A stretch of 64,000 nucleotides of DNA, from positions 64,001 through 128,000 of IMG/VR virus record IMGVR_UViG_3300030328_002122; one strand, given 5' to 3'. The notes beneath the pieces were generated by a model that was not told where the DNA came from, did not search any database, and was given only the letters and a program-made list of their open reading frames with translations. Both the position numbers and the translations under genes were made by a program. This document shows positions 1 to 9,552 of the stretch, piece after piece. Each line of letters begins with the position of its first letter. The stretch's first letter is position 1. The stretch comes from a virus.

Positions 1-1
1 A

Positions 2-835
2 AAAGTTGCTGGACTAGATTGGACAGTTGAAAAACAAGATATGTATACTGTCAATGGTGTTAAAGTGCCTAATAAACAAGCACTAGTTCGTTCATCTGAT
101 AATAAAGTTTTAGATACTGTAGGTTCTGGTTGGAATCCAGTTCAAAACTCTGAAGCATTTGATTTTTTCCAAGAGTATGTAATGGCTGGTGACATGGAAA
201 TGCACACAGCAGGATCACTAAAAGATGGTCAGTTAGTTTGGGCACTTGCAAAAACAAACGAATCTTTTGAGTTATTTAAGGGTGATGTTACAGAGAATTT
301 CTTTCTGTTTACTAATCCACATCAGTTTGGAAAAGCAATCAATATTAGAATGACACCAATTCGTGTTGTTTGTAATAATACTTTAACTTTATCGTTGTCT
401 ATAAAGTCTGATAATATGGTTACTGTAAATCATAGAAAAGAATTTGATGTAGAAGAAGTTAAAGAACAAATGGGTATTGCCAGAGAAAAAATGGAACAAT
501 ACAAGTCAATGGCTGAGTTTCTTGGATCTAAAAGATATTCACCAGATAATGTAGTAAACTACTTCAACGAAGTATTTGGTTCACCTACAAAATCAGATGA
601 TAAGATCTTTACATCTAGAAATGCAAAAATTGCCCATGAAAATTTACAAGAACAGCCTGGTTCTGAATTTGCAGAAGGTTCATGGTGGCAGGCATTTAAT
701 TCTGTAACTCACATGACAGATCACTTGCAAGGTAGAAGTACTGATGGTAGGTTAACATCTGCATGGTATGGTCGAAACAGAAAAGTAAAATTAAAGGCTC
801 TTGACAAAGCTCTTGAGTACGCAGAAAAAGTTTAA
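2..835 (+). CDS. DUF932-family phage/plasmid protein, 5'-truncated by window edge
   Basis: Frame is open from base 2 (KVAGLDWTVEKQDM...). Motifs AGLDW, TAGSL.dG..VW, TPIRVVCNNTL and GSWW.AFN.VT...DH are typical of the family. Confidence 0.75.
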   Translation, partial: KVAGLDWTVEKQDMYTVNGVKVPNKQALVRSSDNKVLDTVGSGWNPVQNSEAFDFFQEYVMAGDMEMHTAGSLKDGQLVWALAKTNESFELFKGDVTENFFLFTNPHQFGKAINIRMTPIRVVCNNTLTLSLSIKSDNMVTVNHRKEFDVEEVKEQMGIAREKMEQYKSMAEFLGSKRYSPDNVVNYFNEVFGSPTKSDDKIFTSRNAKIAHENLQEQPGSEFAEGSWWQAFNSVTHMTDHLQGRSTDGRLTSAWYGRNRKVKLKALDKALEYAEKV

Positions 836-853
836 AAAAGTTTTGTATAGGGG

Positions 854-885
854 TTGACTTTTCTAAGTTAATCCCTATATAAATA
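854..885 (+). promoter_or_regulatory. Overlapping sigma70-like (-35 TTGACT) and T4 late (TATAAATA 878-885) promoter for hsp20
   Basis: Direct motif match. It lies within a 15-bp inverted repeat (846-879). Confidence 0.65.
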
Positions 886-889
886 ATAG

Positions 890-947
890 TGATAGATGCT
901 TTATAGGTCTATCATATTAATCTTGCTTAATAAAGGAGATAGCAATG
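890..947 (+). promoter_or_regulatory. ROSE-like RNA thermometer in the hsp20 5' UTR
   Basis: AUCUUGCU (920-927) pairs with the SD AGGAGAU (934-940) leaving a bulged G. An upstream hairpin UGAUAGA/UCUAUCA precedes it. Confidence 0.65.
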
Positions 948-1391
948 ACAAACTTAAGCACTTTTAGAAACGCACTTCAAGCGTTTGACGTAAATCACTT
1001 AACACCTTATGCAGTTGGATTTGATCGACAATTTGATAGATTGTGGGATTATGCAAATCATCAAGCAGAATCAACAGGTTTTCCACCTTATAATATTGTG
1101 AAAGATGGTGACTACAAATTTACTATTGAAATGGCCTTGGCTGGATATAGTAAAGATGATATTGAGGTAGAAATCGCAGAAGGCGTCTTATCAATTAAAT
1201 CTATTAAAGAATCAAAAGATGAAGATGATAAACTTTATCGTGGTATTGCAACAAGAAACTTTACAAGAAAATTTACTCTTGCAGATGATATTGTTGTAAA
1301 TGGTGGTTCATTAAAAGATGGTATGCTTTCTATTAAATTAGAAAGAGTAATACCAGAGGAAAAGAAACCTCGTTTAATTGATATCAAGTAA
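945..1391 (+). CDS. hsp20: Small heat shock protein (Hsp20/IbpA family)
   Basis: Motifs GFDR.FD, FPPYNI, IEMALAG, RGIA.R.F.R.F.LAD, L.DGML.I.L and C-terminal PRLIDI; strong SD. Confidence 0.95.
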   Translation: MTNLSTFRNALQAFDVNHLTPYAVGFDRQFDRLWDYANHQAESTGFPPYNIVKDGDYKFTIEMALAGYSKDDIEVEIAEGVLSIKSIKESKDEDDKLYRGIATRNFTRKFTLADDIVVNGGSLKDGMLSIKLERVIPEEKKPRLIDIK

Positions 1392-1401
1392 TTGTTATCT
1401 G

Positions 1402-1430
1402 AAAGTGCCTCTTGACAGAGGCACTTTTTT
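1402..1430 (+). terminator. Rho-independent terminator after hsp20
   Basis: aaagtgcctct-tgac-agaggcacttt followed by a U-run. Confidence 0.85.
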
Positions 1431-1440
1431 ATGTTATAGT
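1412..1440 (+). promoter_or_regulatory. Sigma70-type promoter with its -35 in the terminator loop
   Basis: TTGACA (1412-1417), 17 nt, then TGn-TATAGT (1435-1440). Confidence 0.7.
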
Positions 1441-1471
1441 ATAAGTAGTATGTGAAATTTTTGGAGAGATT

Positions 1472-1747
1472 ATGAAAAAACTACAATATCGTTATAATGA
1501 AGAACAAATTCTTAATGAATTAAAGTCGTATGTAGACAAAACATATGACGCACATTATTCCCACAACAAATTTCAAGCATCAGAATTTATCATGGACAGC
1601 GGCCATGGCGAAGGTTTTTGTATCGGAAATGTGATGAAATACGCACAACGATATGGAAAAAAACAAGGAAGAAATAGAAATGACTTGTTTAAAATAGTAC
1701 ATTATGGTATAATGGCAATCTATAATCATGACAAATATAAGGAGTGA
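1472..1747 (+). CDS. DUF3310-like protein (T7 gp1.7 nucleotide-kinase-like)
   Basis: HY...GFCIGNVMKYAQRYGKK...DL.K..HY pattern. Confidence 0.65.
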   Translation: MKKLQYRYNEEQILNELKSYVDKTYDAHYSHNKFQASEFIMDSGHGEGFCIGNVMKYAQRYGKKQGRNRNDLFKIVHYGIMAIYNHDKYKE

Positions 1748-2409
1748 ACATGAATCTTAGTAATGATACAAGAGAAGTTTTAAAAAACTTTTCATCTATT
1801 AATCAAAACCTAATGGTTAATAGTGGTAATGTGATTGGAACTATGTCTGCAATGAAAAACATTGTTGCAAAAGCAACGATACCAGACACGTTTCAAAATG
1901 AATTTGCAATATATGATTTGAATGAATTTTTATCTGCACTTTCTTTATTTAAAAAACCATCACTTAACTTTTCAGATAAAAGTGTAAAGTTAGATGAAGA
2001 GGGTGGTGGAAGTTCTCTTAACTATTTCTTTAGTGATCCATCTATTGTTACATCACCAAAGACAGATATAACTATGCCTTCGGTAGATGTTGAGTTTACA
2101 TTTACACAAGATACTTTTAATCAAATTATGAAAGCATCAGCTGTTCTTGGTACACCAGATGTTGAAGTAAAAGGTACTGCTGGTGGTGATGTTAATCTTG
2201 TGGTAACAGACCGAAAGAATGATACATCAAATGATTTTAGTATGAAAGTTGGTGAAAACTCATCAAGTACATTTTCACATTTCTTTAAAGTTGAAAATCT
2301 AAAACTTTTAAGTGGTGACTATAATGTACAAGTTTCCAATAAGGGAATATCTCATTTTAAAAATATATCAAAGGATATAGAATACTTTATCGCTCTTGAA
2401 GCTTCCTAA
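1744..2409 (+). CDS. 45: DNA polymerase sliding clamp gp45
   Basis: LKNFSSINQ, FAIYDLNEFL and YFIALE; gene order 45-44-62-regA-43. Confidence 0.95.
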   Translation: MNMNLSNDTREVLKNFSSINQNLMVNSGNVIGTMSAMKNIVAKATIPDTFQNEFAIYDLNEFLSALSLFKKPSLNFSDKSVKLDEEGGGSSLNYFFSDPSIVTSPKTDITMPSVDVEFTFTQDTFNQIMKASAVLGTPDVEVKGTAGGDVNLVVTDRKNDTSNDFSMKVGENSSSTFSHFFKVENLKLLSGDYNVQVSNKGISHFKNISKDIEYFIALEAS

Positions 2410-2424
2410 GTTTAGGAGTATATA

Positions 2425-3363
2425 ATGAATGATGTGATTTTGTGGGTGGAAAAATATCGTCCATCCAAAATAAGTGATTGTATTCTTACAGATGATCTCA
2501 AAACAACTTTTCAAACATTTGTAAATGATGGGTTTATTCCTAATTTATTATTGTCTGGTGGGCCTGGTGTAGGTAAAACAACAATTGCAAAAGCAATGTT
2601 GAAAGAACTAGATGTAACTTACATGATGATAAATGGTTCTGAAGAGTCTGGTATTGATGTTCTTAGGAATAAAATTAAAAACTTTGCCTCAACTGTTTCT
2701 ATGGATGGTAAAAGAAAATTTGTAATTCTAGATGAGGCAGATTATCTAAATCCACAATCAACTCAACCAGCATTGCGTAATTTTATGGAAGAGTTTCATA
2801 AGAATTGTGGATTTATTCTTACTTGTAATTTTAAGAATCGTATTATAGAACCACTACATAGTAGATGTTCTGGAATTGAATTTCGTATTCCAACTACTCA
2901 AAAACCAATACTTGCTAATGAGTTCTTTAAAAGAGTTACTACTATTCTACAAGAAGAAAATGTTGAGTTTAATACAAAAGTTGTTCAAGAGATTGTTATA
3001 AAATACTTTCCAGATTGGAGAAGAGTTCTAAACGAACTACAAAGATATTCTGCAACTGGAGCAATCGATTCTGGCATATTAGTAAATATATCAGAAACAA
3101 ACATGAAAGATTTGGTATCTTTTTTAAAAGATAGGGATTTTAAATCCATACGTAAGTGGGTTAAAAATAACTTGGATAATGATCCATCAAGAATATATCG
3201 AAAAATTTATGATACATTGTATGATGAGGTTGAACCAACTTCAGTTCCACGTTTGGTTATGGTACTTGCAGATTATTCTTATAAGTCAGCTTTTGTTGCA
3301 GACCAAGAGATTAATATGCTTGCGTTTATGTATGAAGCATTTGGAGAAATAAGTTTCAAATGA
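2425..3363 (+). CDS. 44: Clamp loader AAA+ subunit gp44
   Basis: LWVEKYRP, Walker A GPGVGKT, ILDEAD and HSRC. Confidence 0.97.
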   Translation: MNDVILWVEKYRPSKISDCILTDDLKTTFQTFVNDGFIPNLLLSGGPGVGKTTIAKAMLKELDVTYMMINGSEESGIDVLRNKIKNFASTVSMDGKRKFVILDEADYLNPQSTQPALRNFMEEFHKNCGFILTCNFKNRIIEPLHSRCSGIEFRIPTTQKPILANEFFKRVTTILQEENVEFNTKVVQEIVIKYFPDWRRVLNELQRYSATGAIDSGILVNISETNMKDLVSFLKDRDFKSIRKWVKNNLDNDPSRIYRKIYDTLYDEVEPTSVPRLVMVLADYSYKSAFVADQEINMLAFMYEAFGEISFK

Positions 3364-3749
3364 GTTATGAACTTAAAGAGTATTTAAAAAGTATTAATCG
3401 AACAAAGGAAAATCTGATGGATTCAGATGATCCTATGTGGGAAAAGAAATATTTACCATATATCGTTAATAAATGTCTTGCACCATTTACAGACACAATT
3501 ATGTTTGTGAATGTAATGAATGGACATCACCACCTAGATAAAAAACTACAATATGATTTTTTACTAAATATACTTAGACCTAAAAATAGATACGAGCCTT
3601 GGTCAAGAGGCCGAAAATTAAAAGACTTGGAGTTTGTAAAAGAATATTATGGTTATAGTAATGAAAAGGCTAAAGTTGCTCTTCAGATACTTAGTAATGA
3701 CCAGATAAAAACTATCAAGAATAGTTTGAGTAAAGGTGGAAGAAAATGA
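3360..3749 (+). CDS. 62: Clamp loader small subunit gp62
   Basis: YLPYIVNKCL, LQYDFLLN and VKEYYGYSNEKA; synteny. Confidence 0.92.
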   Translation: MSYELKEYLKSINRTKENLMDSDDPMWEKKYLPYIVNKCLAPFTDTIMFVNVMNGHHHLDKKLQYDFLLNILRPKNRYEPWSRGRKLKDLEFVKEYYGYSNEKAKVALQILSNDQIKTIKNSLSKGGRK

Positions 3750-4150
3750 ACAATATTGAATGGCATCAAGATAAGATGCTAGAAGTAAAACTAAAAGAAC
3801 CAGATGACTTTCTAAAGGTTCGTGAAACATTATCTAGGATTGGTGTTGCATCTCGTAAAGAGAGAAAACTATATCAATCATGTCATATACTTCATAAACA
3901 AGGTAGATATTTCATAGTGCATTTTAAAGAATTATTTGCACTTGATGGTAAAGGTACAAACATTTCAGAGAATGATGTATCTAGACGAAACTCTATTGCA
4001 TCTCTTTTGAGTGATTGGGGTTTAGTTGAAATAATTGGTGATAGTGAACCAAAAGCACCATTGTCGCAAATCAAAGTTATTTCTTTTAAAGAAAAACATG
4101 AATGGACATTGGAAACAAAGTATAACATAGGGAAGAAAAAACTAGATTAG
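3746..4150 (+). CDS. regA: Translational repressor RegA
   Basis: DDFLKVRETLSRIG and LYQSCHILHKQGRYFIVHFKELF. Confidence 0.97.
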   Translation: MNNIEWHQDKMLEVKLKEPDDFLKVRETLSRIGVASRKERKLYQSCHILHKQGRYFIVHFKELFALDGKGTNISENDVSRRNSIASLLSDWGLVEIIGDSEPKAPLSQIKVISFKEKHEWTLETKYNIGKKKLD

Positions 4151-4158
4151 GAGTCGTT

Positions 4159-4410
4159 ATGAAATTCAGAGATAAGATGATTAAAGCCATGAAAGACCAC
4201 GCAAAAGGTCATATAGCCAAACACGCTATGAATGTCGAAGTCTACTTTAGAAATGCAGCTGGAATTGGTGGAAAAGATAATGCAGATATTTTGGAAGAGG
4301 TAGAAAAAGAACTTGATGTAGTTGCAAGATACCATGACCAAATAGAAATGTTGGATAGGTATTTTGTAGATGAATCTACACAAGAAACTTTATTTGAAGA
4401 TATGAATTGA
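4159..4410 (+). CDS. Hypothetical phage protein
   Basis: SD aggag; fills the regA-43 gap. Confidence 0.7.
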   Translation: MKFRDKMIKAMKDHAKGHIAKHAMNVEVYFRNAAGIGGKDNADILEEVEKELDVVARYHDQIEMLDRYFVDESTQETLFEDMN

Positions 4411-4435
4411 CAATTACACTAAAAAGTGATATAAC
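4407..4435 (+). promoter_or_regulatory. Sigma70-type promoter for gene 43 (probably leaderless mRNA)
   Basis: TTGACA, 17 nt, TGn-TATAAC. The ATG starts 7 nt after the -10 and there is no SD. Confidence 0.6.
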
Positions 4436-4441
4436 TATATT

Positions 4442-6955
4442 ATGAAATTTTATACTCATGTTGCCCAATGGGGTAACAATCTACTAGTTCGTGCAGTTGA
4501 GAATGGTGTTCGTTCAAACTTCAAAGTAAAGTATGAACCTACACTATTTGTTCCTGTAACAAAAGAAACTAATTGGAAAACATTGGATAATCGTAATGTC
4601 AATCCAATGAAGTTTCTTACAATCAAAGAAGCAAAAGAGTTTGTACAACAATATGAAAGTCAACCACATTTAGTTTGTGGTATGACACAGTTTCCATATT
4701 CATACATATCTGAAACATATCCTAATCAAATACAATATGATACATCTCTACTTAGAATTGTAACGATTGATATTGAGGTTGAATGTGAGAATGGTTTTCC
4801 AAATGCAGATCAAGCTGCAGAACCTATGTTATCTATTACTATCAAGAAACATGACACAGGTAAGATTATTGTTTGGGGTTTACATGAGTATCATAATGAC
4901 AGAGAAGATGTAAAGTATATTCGTTGTCAAAACGAAAGAGAACTTCTCACACAATTTTTGAATTGGTGGGAACATGACTATCCAGATATAATCACTGGTT
5001 GGAATACAGAGTTTTTTGATATTCCATATCTATGTAATCGCATCAATACTGTACTTGGTGAAGATGCAGTTCGTAAACTTTCGCCGTGGGGTATTGTCAG
5101 TTCTAGATTAGTTAATAGTGGGTTTGGTAAGAAAGATCAAGTGTATGATATTGTTGGTGTTGAAGAGATAGATTATCTACAACTATATCGTAAGTTTACT
5201 TATTCTGCACAAGAGTCATACAGACTAGATCATATTGCATTTGTTGAACTGGGTGAACGTAAAGATGAAAACCCATATGAAACATTTCGTGATTGGTACA
5301 CAAAAGATTATCAATCATTCTTAGACTATAATATTCAAGACGTTGAACTTGTTGATCGTATTGATGATAAGATGAAATTGATTGACCTTATATTGACTAT
5401 GACCTATGAGGCTAAAGTTAATATGTCTGATTCATTTACATCTGTTAAGTATTGGGATATTCTTATATACAATCATCTACTTAAAAATAATATTGTTATA
5501 CCACAGAAACCATCAACAAAGAATAAGTCTGAAAAGTATGTTGGTGCATATGTGAAAGAGCCTCAAGTAGGACAACACAAATGGGTATTATCTTTTGACC
5601 TAAACAGTTTGTATCCACATCTAATCATGCAGTATAATATATCACCAGAAACATTAGTAGATAAAACTGTTAATTTAGGTAAAAATCCTATTGATGATTT
5701 AGTTACAAAGAAAACTGGTTTAGATTCTTTCAAGGGAACTAACTATGCATTGACACCAAATGGTGCAATGTTTAAAAAAGATAAACAAGGGTTTCTTGCA
5801 AAGATGATGCAAGATATGTATGATGATCGTACTATTTACAAGAAGAAAATGTTAGATGCAAAACAGAAGTATGAAGATACAAAAGATCCAAAGTATCTCA
5901 AAGACATATCTAGGTTTAATAATATTCAGATGGCTCGTAAGATTTCTCTAAACTCTGCTTATGGTGCGATTGGTAACGAATGGTTTAGATACTATGAACT
6001 TATGATTGCAGAGGGTATTACAACTTCTGGTCAGTTAAGTATAAGATGGATTGAAAGAAAATTAAACGAGTACATTAATAATGTTCTCAAAACAAGTAAT
6101 AAAGATTATGTGATTGCATCAGATACAGATTCTGTTTATATCAGATTTGATGAGATTGTAAGTCATGTATTCAAAGGCTGTAATGATACACAAAGGATTG
6201 TAAACTTTCTAGATAAGATTGCAAGTGAAAAGATAGAACCATTTATTGAAAAGTCCTATCAAGAACTTGCAGATTATGTAAATGCATATGACCAAAAGAT
6301 GCAAATGAAAAGAGAAGTGATTGCAGATAAAGGTATCTGGACAGCAAAGAAAAGATATATTCTAAACGCATGGGATGTTGAGGGCGTTCGTTATCAAGAA
6401 CCACAACTCAAAGTTATGGGCCAGGAGATGGTCAAGTCATCTACGCCTGCACCTTGTCGTGAAAAGATGAGAGAAGCAGTTAAGATTATTATGAGTGGAA
6501 CTGAAAAAGATGTAAACAATTTTATTCAAGATTTTCGTGAAGAGTTTATGAAACTTCCACCAGAAGAGATTGCATTTCCAAGATCGGTAAATGGTTTAGG
6601 TAAATGGAGTAGTGGTCATGCAATATTTAAGAAAGGCTGTCCTATGCATTGTAAAGGTGCAATATTGTATAATCATTTTTTAAAAGAGAAAAAACTTACA
6701 AACAAATATCCTTTAATACAAGAGGGTAATAAGATTAAATTTTTAAACATAAGAACACCAAATCCTATGTCATCTAATGTTATATCTTTCTTTACCAAAC
6801 TACCAAAAGAACTTGACATTCACAAATATTTAGATTATGATATGCAGTACGAGAAGGCCTTTGTTGAACCTCTGACTTTTATTATGGATCAGATTGGTTG
6901 GAACATTGATCGTTCTTATGGAAAGCAAACTACACTTGAGGATTTCTTTAGTTGA
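4442..6955 (+). CDS. 43: Family B DNA polymerase gp43
   Basis: Exonuclease motifs DIE and GWN.E.FDIPY; polymerase motifs SFDLNSLYP, KISLNSAYG, SDTDS and KKRY; C-terminal clamp-binding tail LEDFF. Confidence 0.99.
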   Translation: MKFYTHVAQWGNNLLVRAVENGVRSNFKVKYEPTLFVPVTKETNWKTLDNRNVNPMKFLTIKEAKEFVQQYESQPHLVCGMTQFPYSYISETYPNQIQYDTSLLRIVTIDIEVECENGFPNADQAAEPMLSITIKKHDTGKIIVWGLHEYHNDREDVKYIRCQNERELLTQFLNWWEHDYPDIITGWNTEFFDIPYLCNRINTVLGEDAVRKLSPWGIVSSRLVNSGFGKKDQVYDIVGVEEIDYLQLYRKFTYSAQESYRLDHIAFVELGERKDENPYETFRDWYTKDYQSFLDYNIQDVELVDRIDDKMKLIDLILTMTYEAKVNMSDSFTSVKYWDILIYNHLLKNNIVIPQKPSTKNKSEKYVGAYVKEPQVGQHKWVLSFDLNSLYPHLIMQYNISPETLVDKTVNLGKNPIDDLVTKKTGLDSFKGTNYALTPNGAMFKKDKQGFLAKMMQDMYDDRTIYKKKMLDAKQKYEDTKDPKYLKDISRFNNIQMARKISLNSAYGAIGNEWFRYYELMIAEGITTSGQLSIRWIERKLNEYINNVLKTSNKDYVIASDTDSVYIRFDEIVSHVFKGCNDTQRIVNFLDKIASEKIEPFIEKSYQELADYVNAYDQKMQMKREVIADKGIWTAKKRYILNAWDVEGVRYQEPQLKVMGQEMVKSSTPAPCREKMREAVKIIMSGTEKDVNNFIQDFREEFMKLPPEEIAFPRSVNGLGKWSSGHAIFKKGCPMHCKGAILYNHFLKEKKLTNKYPLIQEGNKIKFLNIRTPNPMSSNVISFFTKLPKELDIHKYLDYDMQYEKAFVEPLTFIMDQIGWNIDRSYGKQTTLEDFFS

Positions 6956-8064
6956 TATTAGAACGTAAAGATGCAATTTATGTAGCACAAAAGTTGATGA
7001 ATTATTTCAAGGACTTTAATCGTATTGATGATTATTTTCGTGCAAGAAAGATTGAAAGAGTAAAAAATATACCATCACCATTACCAGGCATGGCTTTGGA
7101 AGATGACTTATTTCAAAACTTTGATATGCATCCAGAAGATATGAATTTTGAAGTTGTACAAATACCTACAAAGTTATTTGATACTTTACTTGAAAAAACT
7201 GCATCATTTAGTCCAGATGAAAATCCTGGCAAAACACTAAAGGTAGTTGTTAAGGAAACAAATACAAATACTGTAGTTGGATTTATTCGTTATGGTTCAC
7301 CTCTTATAAACTCTAAACCAAGAAATGATTATCTTGGTGGTGTTCCAGATCTTGACATATTTAACAAGCGTGCAATCATGGGATTTAATATTGTTCCTGT
7401 ACAACCATTTGGTTTTAATTGTTTAGGTGGTAAACTACTTGCAGCTATTTGTTGTTCCCATGCAACTCGTAGAATGTTGAATATCAAATATGATACAGAG
7501 TTTTGTTTGTTTGAAACTACATCTTTATATGGTAATATCAAGGGTGCATCTATGTATGATGGTATGCGTCCTTATTTAAGATACAAGGGTGATACTGAGT
7601 CTAAGTTTTTACTAACACTTGGTGAAGAAATATATCCAGAACTAAAAGATTGGTTTACTGAAAAGAATGGTGGTGAAGATATTATACGTAAAGGTGTATC
7701 TAGTAGAAAGTTAAAGATGCAAACTAAGATGATTGGTATAATCAAATCTTCACTTAAAGAACATGACACTAAAGCCTTTGAACTTTTTTCTAACGAAATT
7801 GCAAAGGCAAGTGATGTAACTACACAGAAAAGATTTTATATGAGTGAGTATGGTTACTCTAATGCAAAAGATGTTTTATTAGGTAAAACAAATACCTTAA
7901 CAAAAGCAGAAAATTATGATAGGTTTGAACTTGAAAATGTAATTGCATGGTGGAAAAAACTTGCAACTAAACGATACAATAATATTGTTGCAGATGGTAG
8001 AGTTCGTAAAGAACTTGAGGTTTGGAACAAAGATACTATGAATAAGATTGATATTATAAGATGA
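6952..8064 (+). CDS. DUF4338/DruA-like (putative GNAT/Mom-fold) protein, possible DNA-modification enzyme
   Basis: Motifs VP.QPFGFNCLGGKLLA and FETTSLYG..S.YDG recalled from DUF4338-like proteins. TTG start overlaps the gene 43 stop. Confidence 0.45.
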   Translation: MILERKDAIYVAQKLMNYFKDFNRIDDYFRARKIERVKNIPSPLPGMALEDDLFQNFDMHPEDMNFEVVQIPTKLFDTLLEKTASFSPDENPGKTLKVVVKETNTNTVVGFIRYGSPLINSKPRNDYLGGVPDLDIFNKRAIMGFNIVPVQPFGFNCLGGKLLAAICCSHATRRMLNIKYDTEFCLFETTSLYGNIKGASMYDGMRPYLRYKGDTESKFLLTLGEEIYPELKDWFTEKNGGEDIIRKGVSSRKLKMQTKMIGIIKSSLKEHDTKAFELFSNEIAKASDVTTQKRFYMSEYGYSNAKDVLLGKTNTLTKAENYDRFELENVIAWWKKLATKRYNNIVADGRVRKELEVWNKDTMNKIDIIR

Positions 8065-8450
8065 TAGGTTTTACTTGTGGAGCATTTGATTTATTACACG
8101 CTGGTCATATTGTGATGTTAGAAGAAGCTAAAAGTAAATGTGATAAACTTATTGTTGGGTTACAGACAGATCCAAGTATAGATAGACCAGAAAAGAATAA
8201 ACCTATTCAATCTGTTTATGAAAGGTTTATACAATTAAATGCTGTAAAGTATGTAGATCAAATAATACCATATGATACAGAAGAAAGTTTAATAGATTTA
8301 TTACAATCACAACATATTGATATTAGATTTATTGGTGAAGATTATAGAGAAAAGAAATTTACTGGATCTGAATTGCCAATAGATATTGAGTATACTAGTA
8401 GAAAACATTCGTTCTCTTCATCAAGTTTGAGAGAAAGAGTAAAAGTATGA
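8061..8450 (+). CDS. Cytidylyltransferase (TagD/glycerol-3-phosphate CT-like)
   Basis: G.FDLLHAGH (HxGH), LIVGLQTD, ER...L.AVKYVD, G.DY and terminal SSSSLR. Confidence 0.9.
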   Translation: MIGFTCGAFDLLHAGHIVMLEEAKSKCDKLIVGLQTDPSIDRPEKNKPIQSVYERFIQLNAVKYVDQIIPYDTEESLIDLLQSQHIDIRFIGEDYREKKFTGSELPIDIEYTSRKHSFSSSSLRERVKV

Positions 8451-9436
8451 AAATAACAATTGCAAGATTAAGATCAAATGTAAAATATAATGGGCCATTA
8501 GAAACTGTATTAGATAGTTTTTTTGAAAATTATGTAAAGTGGATGAAAGCGAATCCACAACATGAATATAGAACTTACAATGTATCATTTGGTAAAGATA
8601 GACCAAAGAGAATACCAGAGAATATAGAATGGGCAGATGTAATCGTCATACCATCAGATAGTGAGTTTCGATATCATGGTGAACTACAAATGAATCCAAA
8701 AGACCTTGCAAAGTCAGAAAGTCATATGGAAAAGATAATACCATTCTTTGAGGGTAAAATTGTTATCATGTGGAGAAGTGATAGAGGTGATACAGAAGAA
8801 CTATATCGCAGTTTTATACCTAATATAAAGAAGTTTATCACAATAGATGAGATTGGCTTTCCAGGCAATATTCATGGTATGAAATATCACTTTATACAAA
8901 CTCTTAAAAATCCTCTTGCAGATATGTTTGATAATGATAAGACAATTGATTTTGCTTATTGGGGAAGAATGAAACATGGTAATGATAGAGAAAAAACAAT
9001 TAGACAAATCTATCGTTCTGAATTATCTACAGTTATGGTTGGTGGATTTCCATCTGGTATAAAAAGACAATCTGCATGGATAAAAGATTGGAAGCAGTTA
9101 TACCCATTATTAGAACCAGCAAGGTCAACACTATGTTTTAATTGGATTGACCAATCTGCAACAACTAGTCGATATCCAGAAGCCTTGTCTATTGGTATCG
9201 TGCCTATGGTATGGAAAGATTATGATTCAAATAATACATATAACATTGATGATTGGCAAAGAGTATCATCATCAGAAGAATTTGTTGAAAAGGTTTTGCA
9301 ACTAAAAGATAAAAACTTTTTTGAATCTAAACTAGAAGAATACAGAAATAACTATAAAAAAGTGTTGTTATCTGAAGAAGAATATTTTAAACTTTTTTCT
9401 AAAAAAATGAATTTTGGACTTGACAAATCACTATAG
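8447..9436 (+). CDS. T4 beta-glucosyltransferase-like DNA glycosyltransferase (GT-B fold)
   Basis: Against T4 BGT recalled from memory: KTIDFAYWGRMKHGNDRE vs KTLDVIYGGSFRSGQRE, TSRYPEAL vs TLRVWETM, VSSSEEFVEKVLQLK vs VNNRAELIDRVNELK. Same genomic slot as beta-gt, between 43 and uvsX. Confidence 0.7.
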   Translation: MKITIARLRSNVKYNGPLETVLDSFFENYVKWMKANPQHEYRTYNVSFGKDRPKRIPENIEWADVIVIPSDSEFRYHGELQMNPKDLAKSESHMEKIIPFFEGKIVIMWRSDRGDTEELYRSFIPNIKKFITIDEIGFPGNIHGMKYHFIQTLKNPLADMFDNDKTIDFAYWGRMKHGNDREKTIRQIYRSELSTVMVGGFPSGIKRQSAWIKDWKQLYPLLEPARSTLCFNWIDQSATTSRYPEALSIGIVPMVWKDYDSNNTYNIDDWQRVSSSEEFVEKVLQLKDKNFFESKLEEYRNNYKKVLLSEEEYFKLFSKKMNFGLDKSL

Positions 9437-9494
9437 TTTATGTTAGTATCTTTGTATTGATTAAATTTGATTCTCAACAAGAATTTAATCAATA
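9420..9494 (+). promoter_or_regulatory. Sigma70-type promoter followed by a perfect 13-bp inverted repeat
   Basis: TTGACA (9420-9425), 18 nt, TGn-TAGTAT. IR arms tattgattaaatt (9455-9467) and aatttaatcaata (9482-9494). Confidence 0.6.
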
Positions 9495-9552
9495 TTGTTT
9501 TAATCAAGTTCTATCATGCAAATGGTAGGATGACTCAACATAGGAAAATAAA

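Noticed and set aside
6952-8064. Druantia defence system
   Set aside because: Only a DruA/DUF4338-like resemblance; no DruE helicase or other dru genes, and the context is a phage replication operon.
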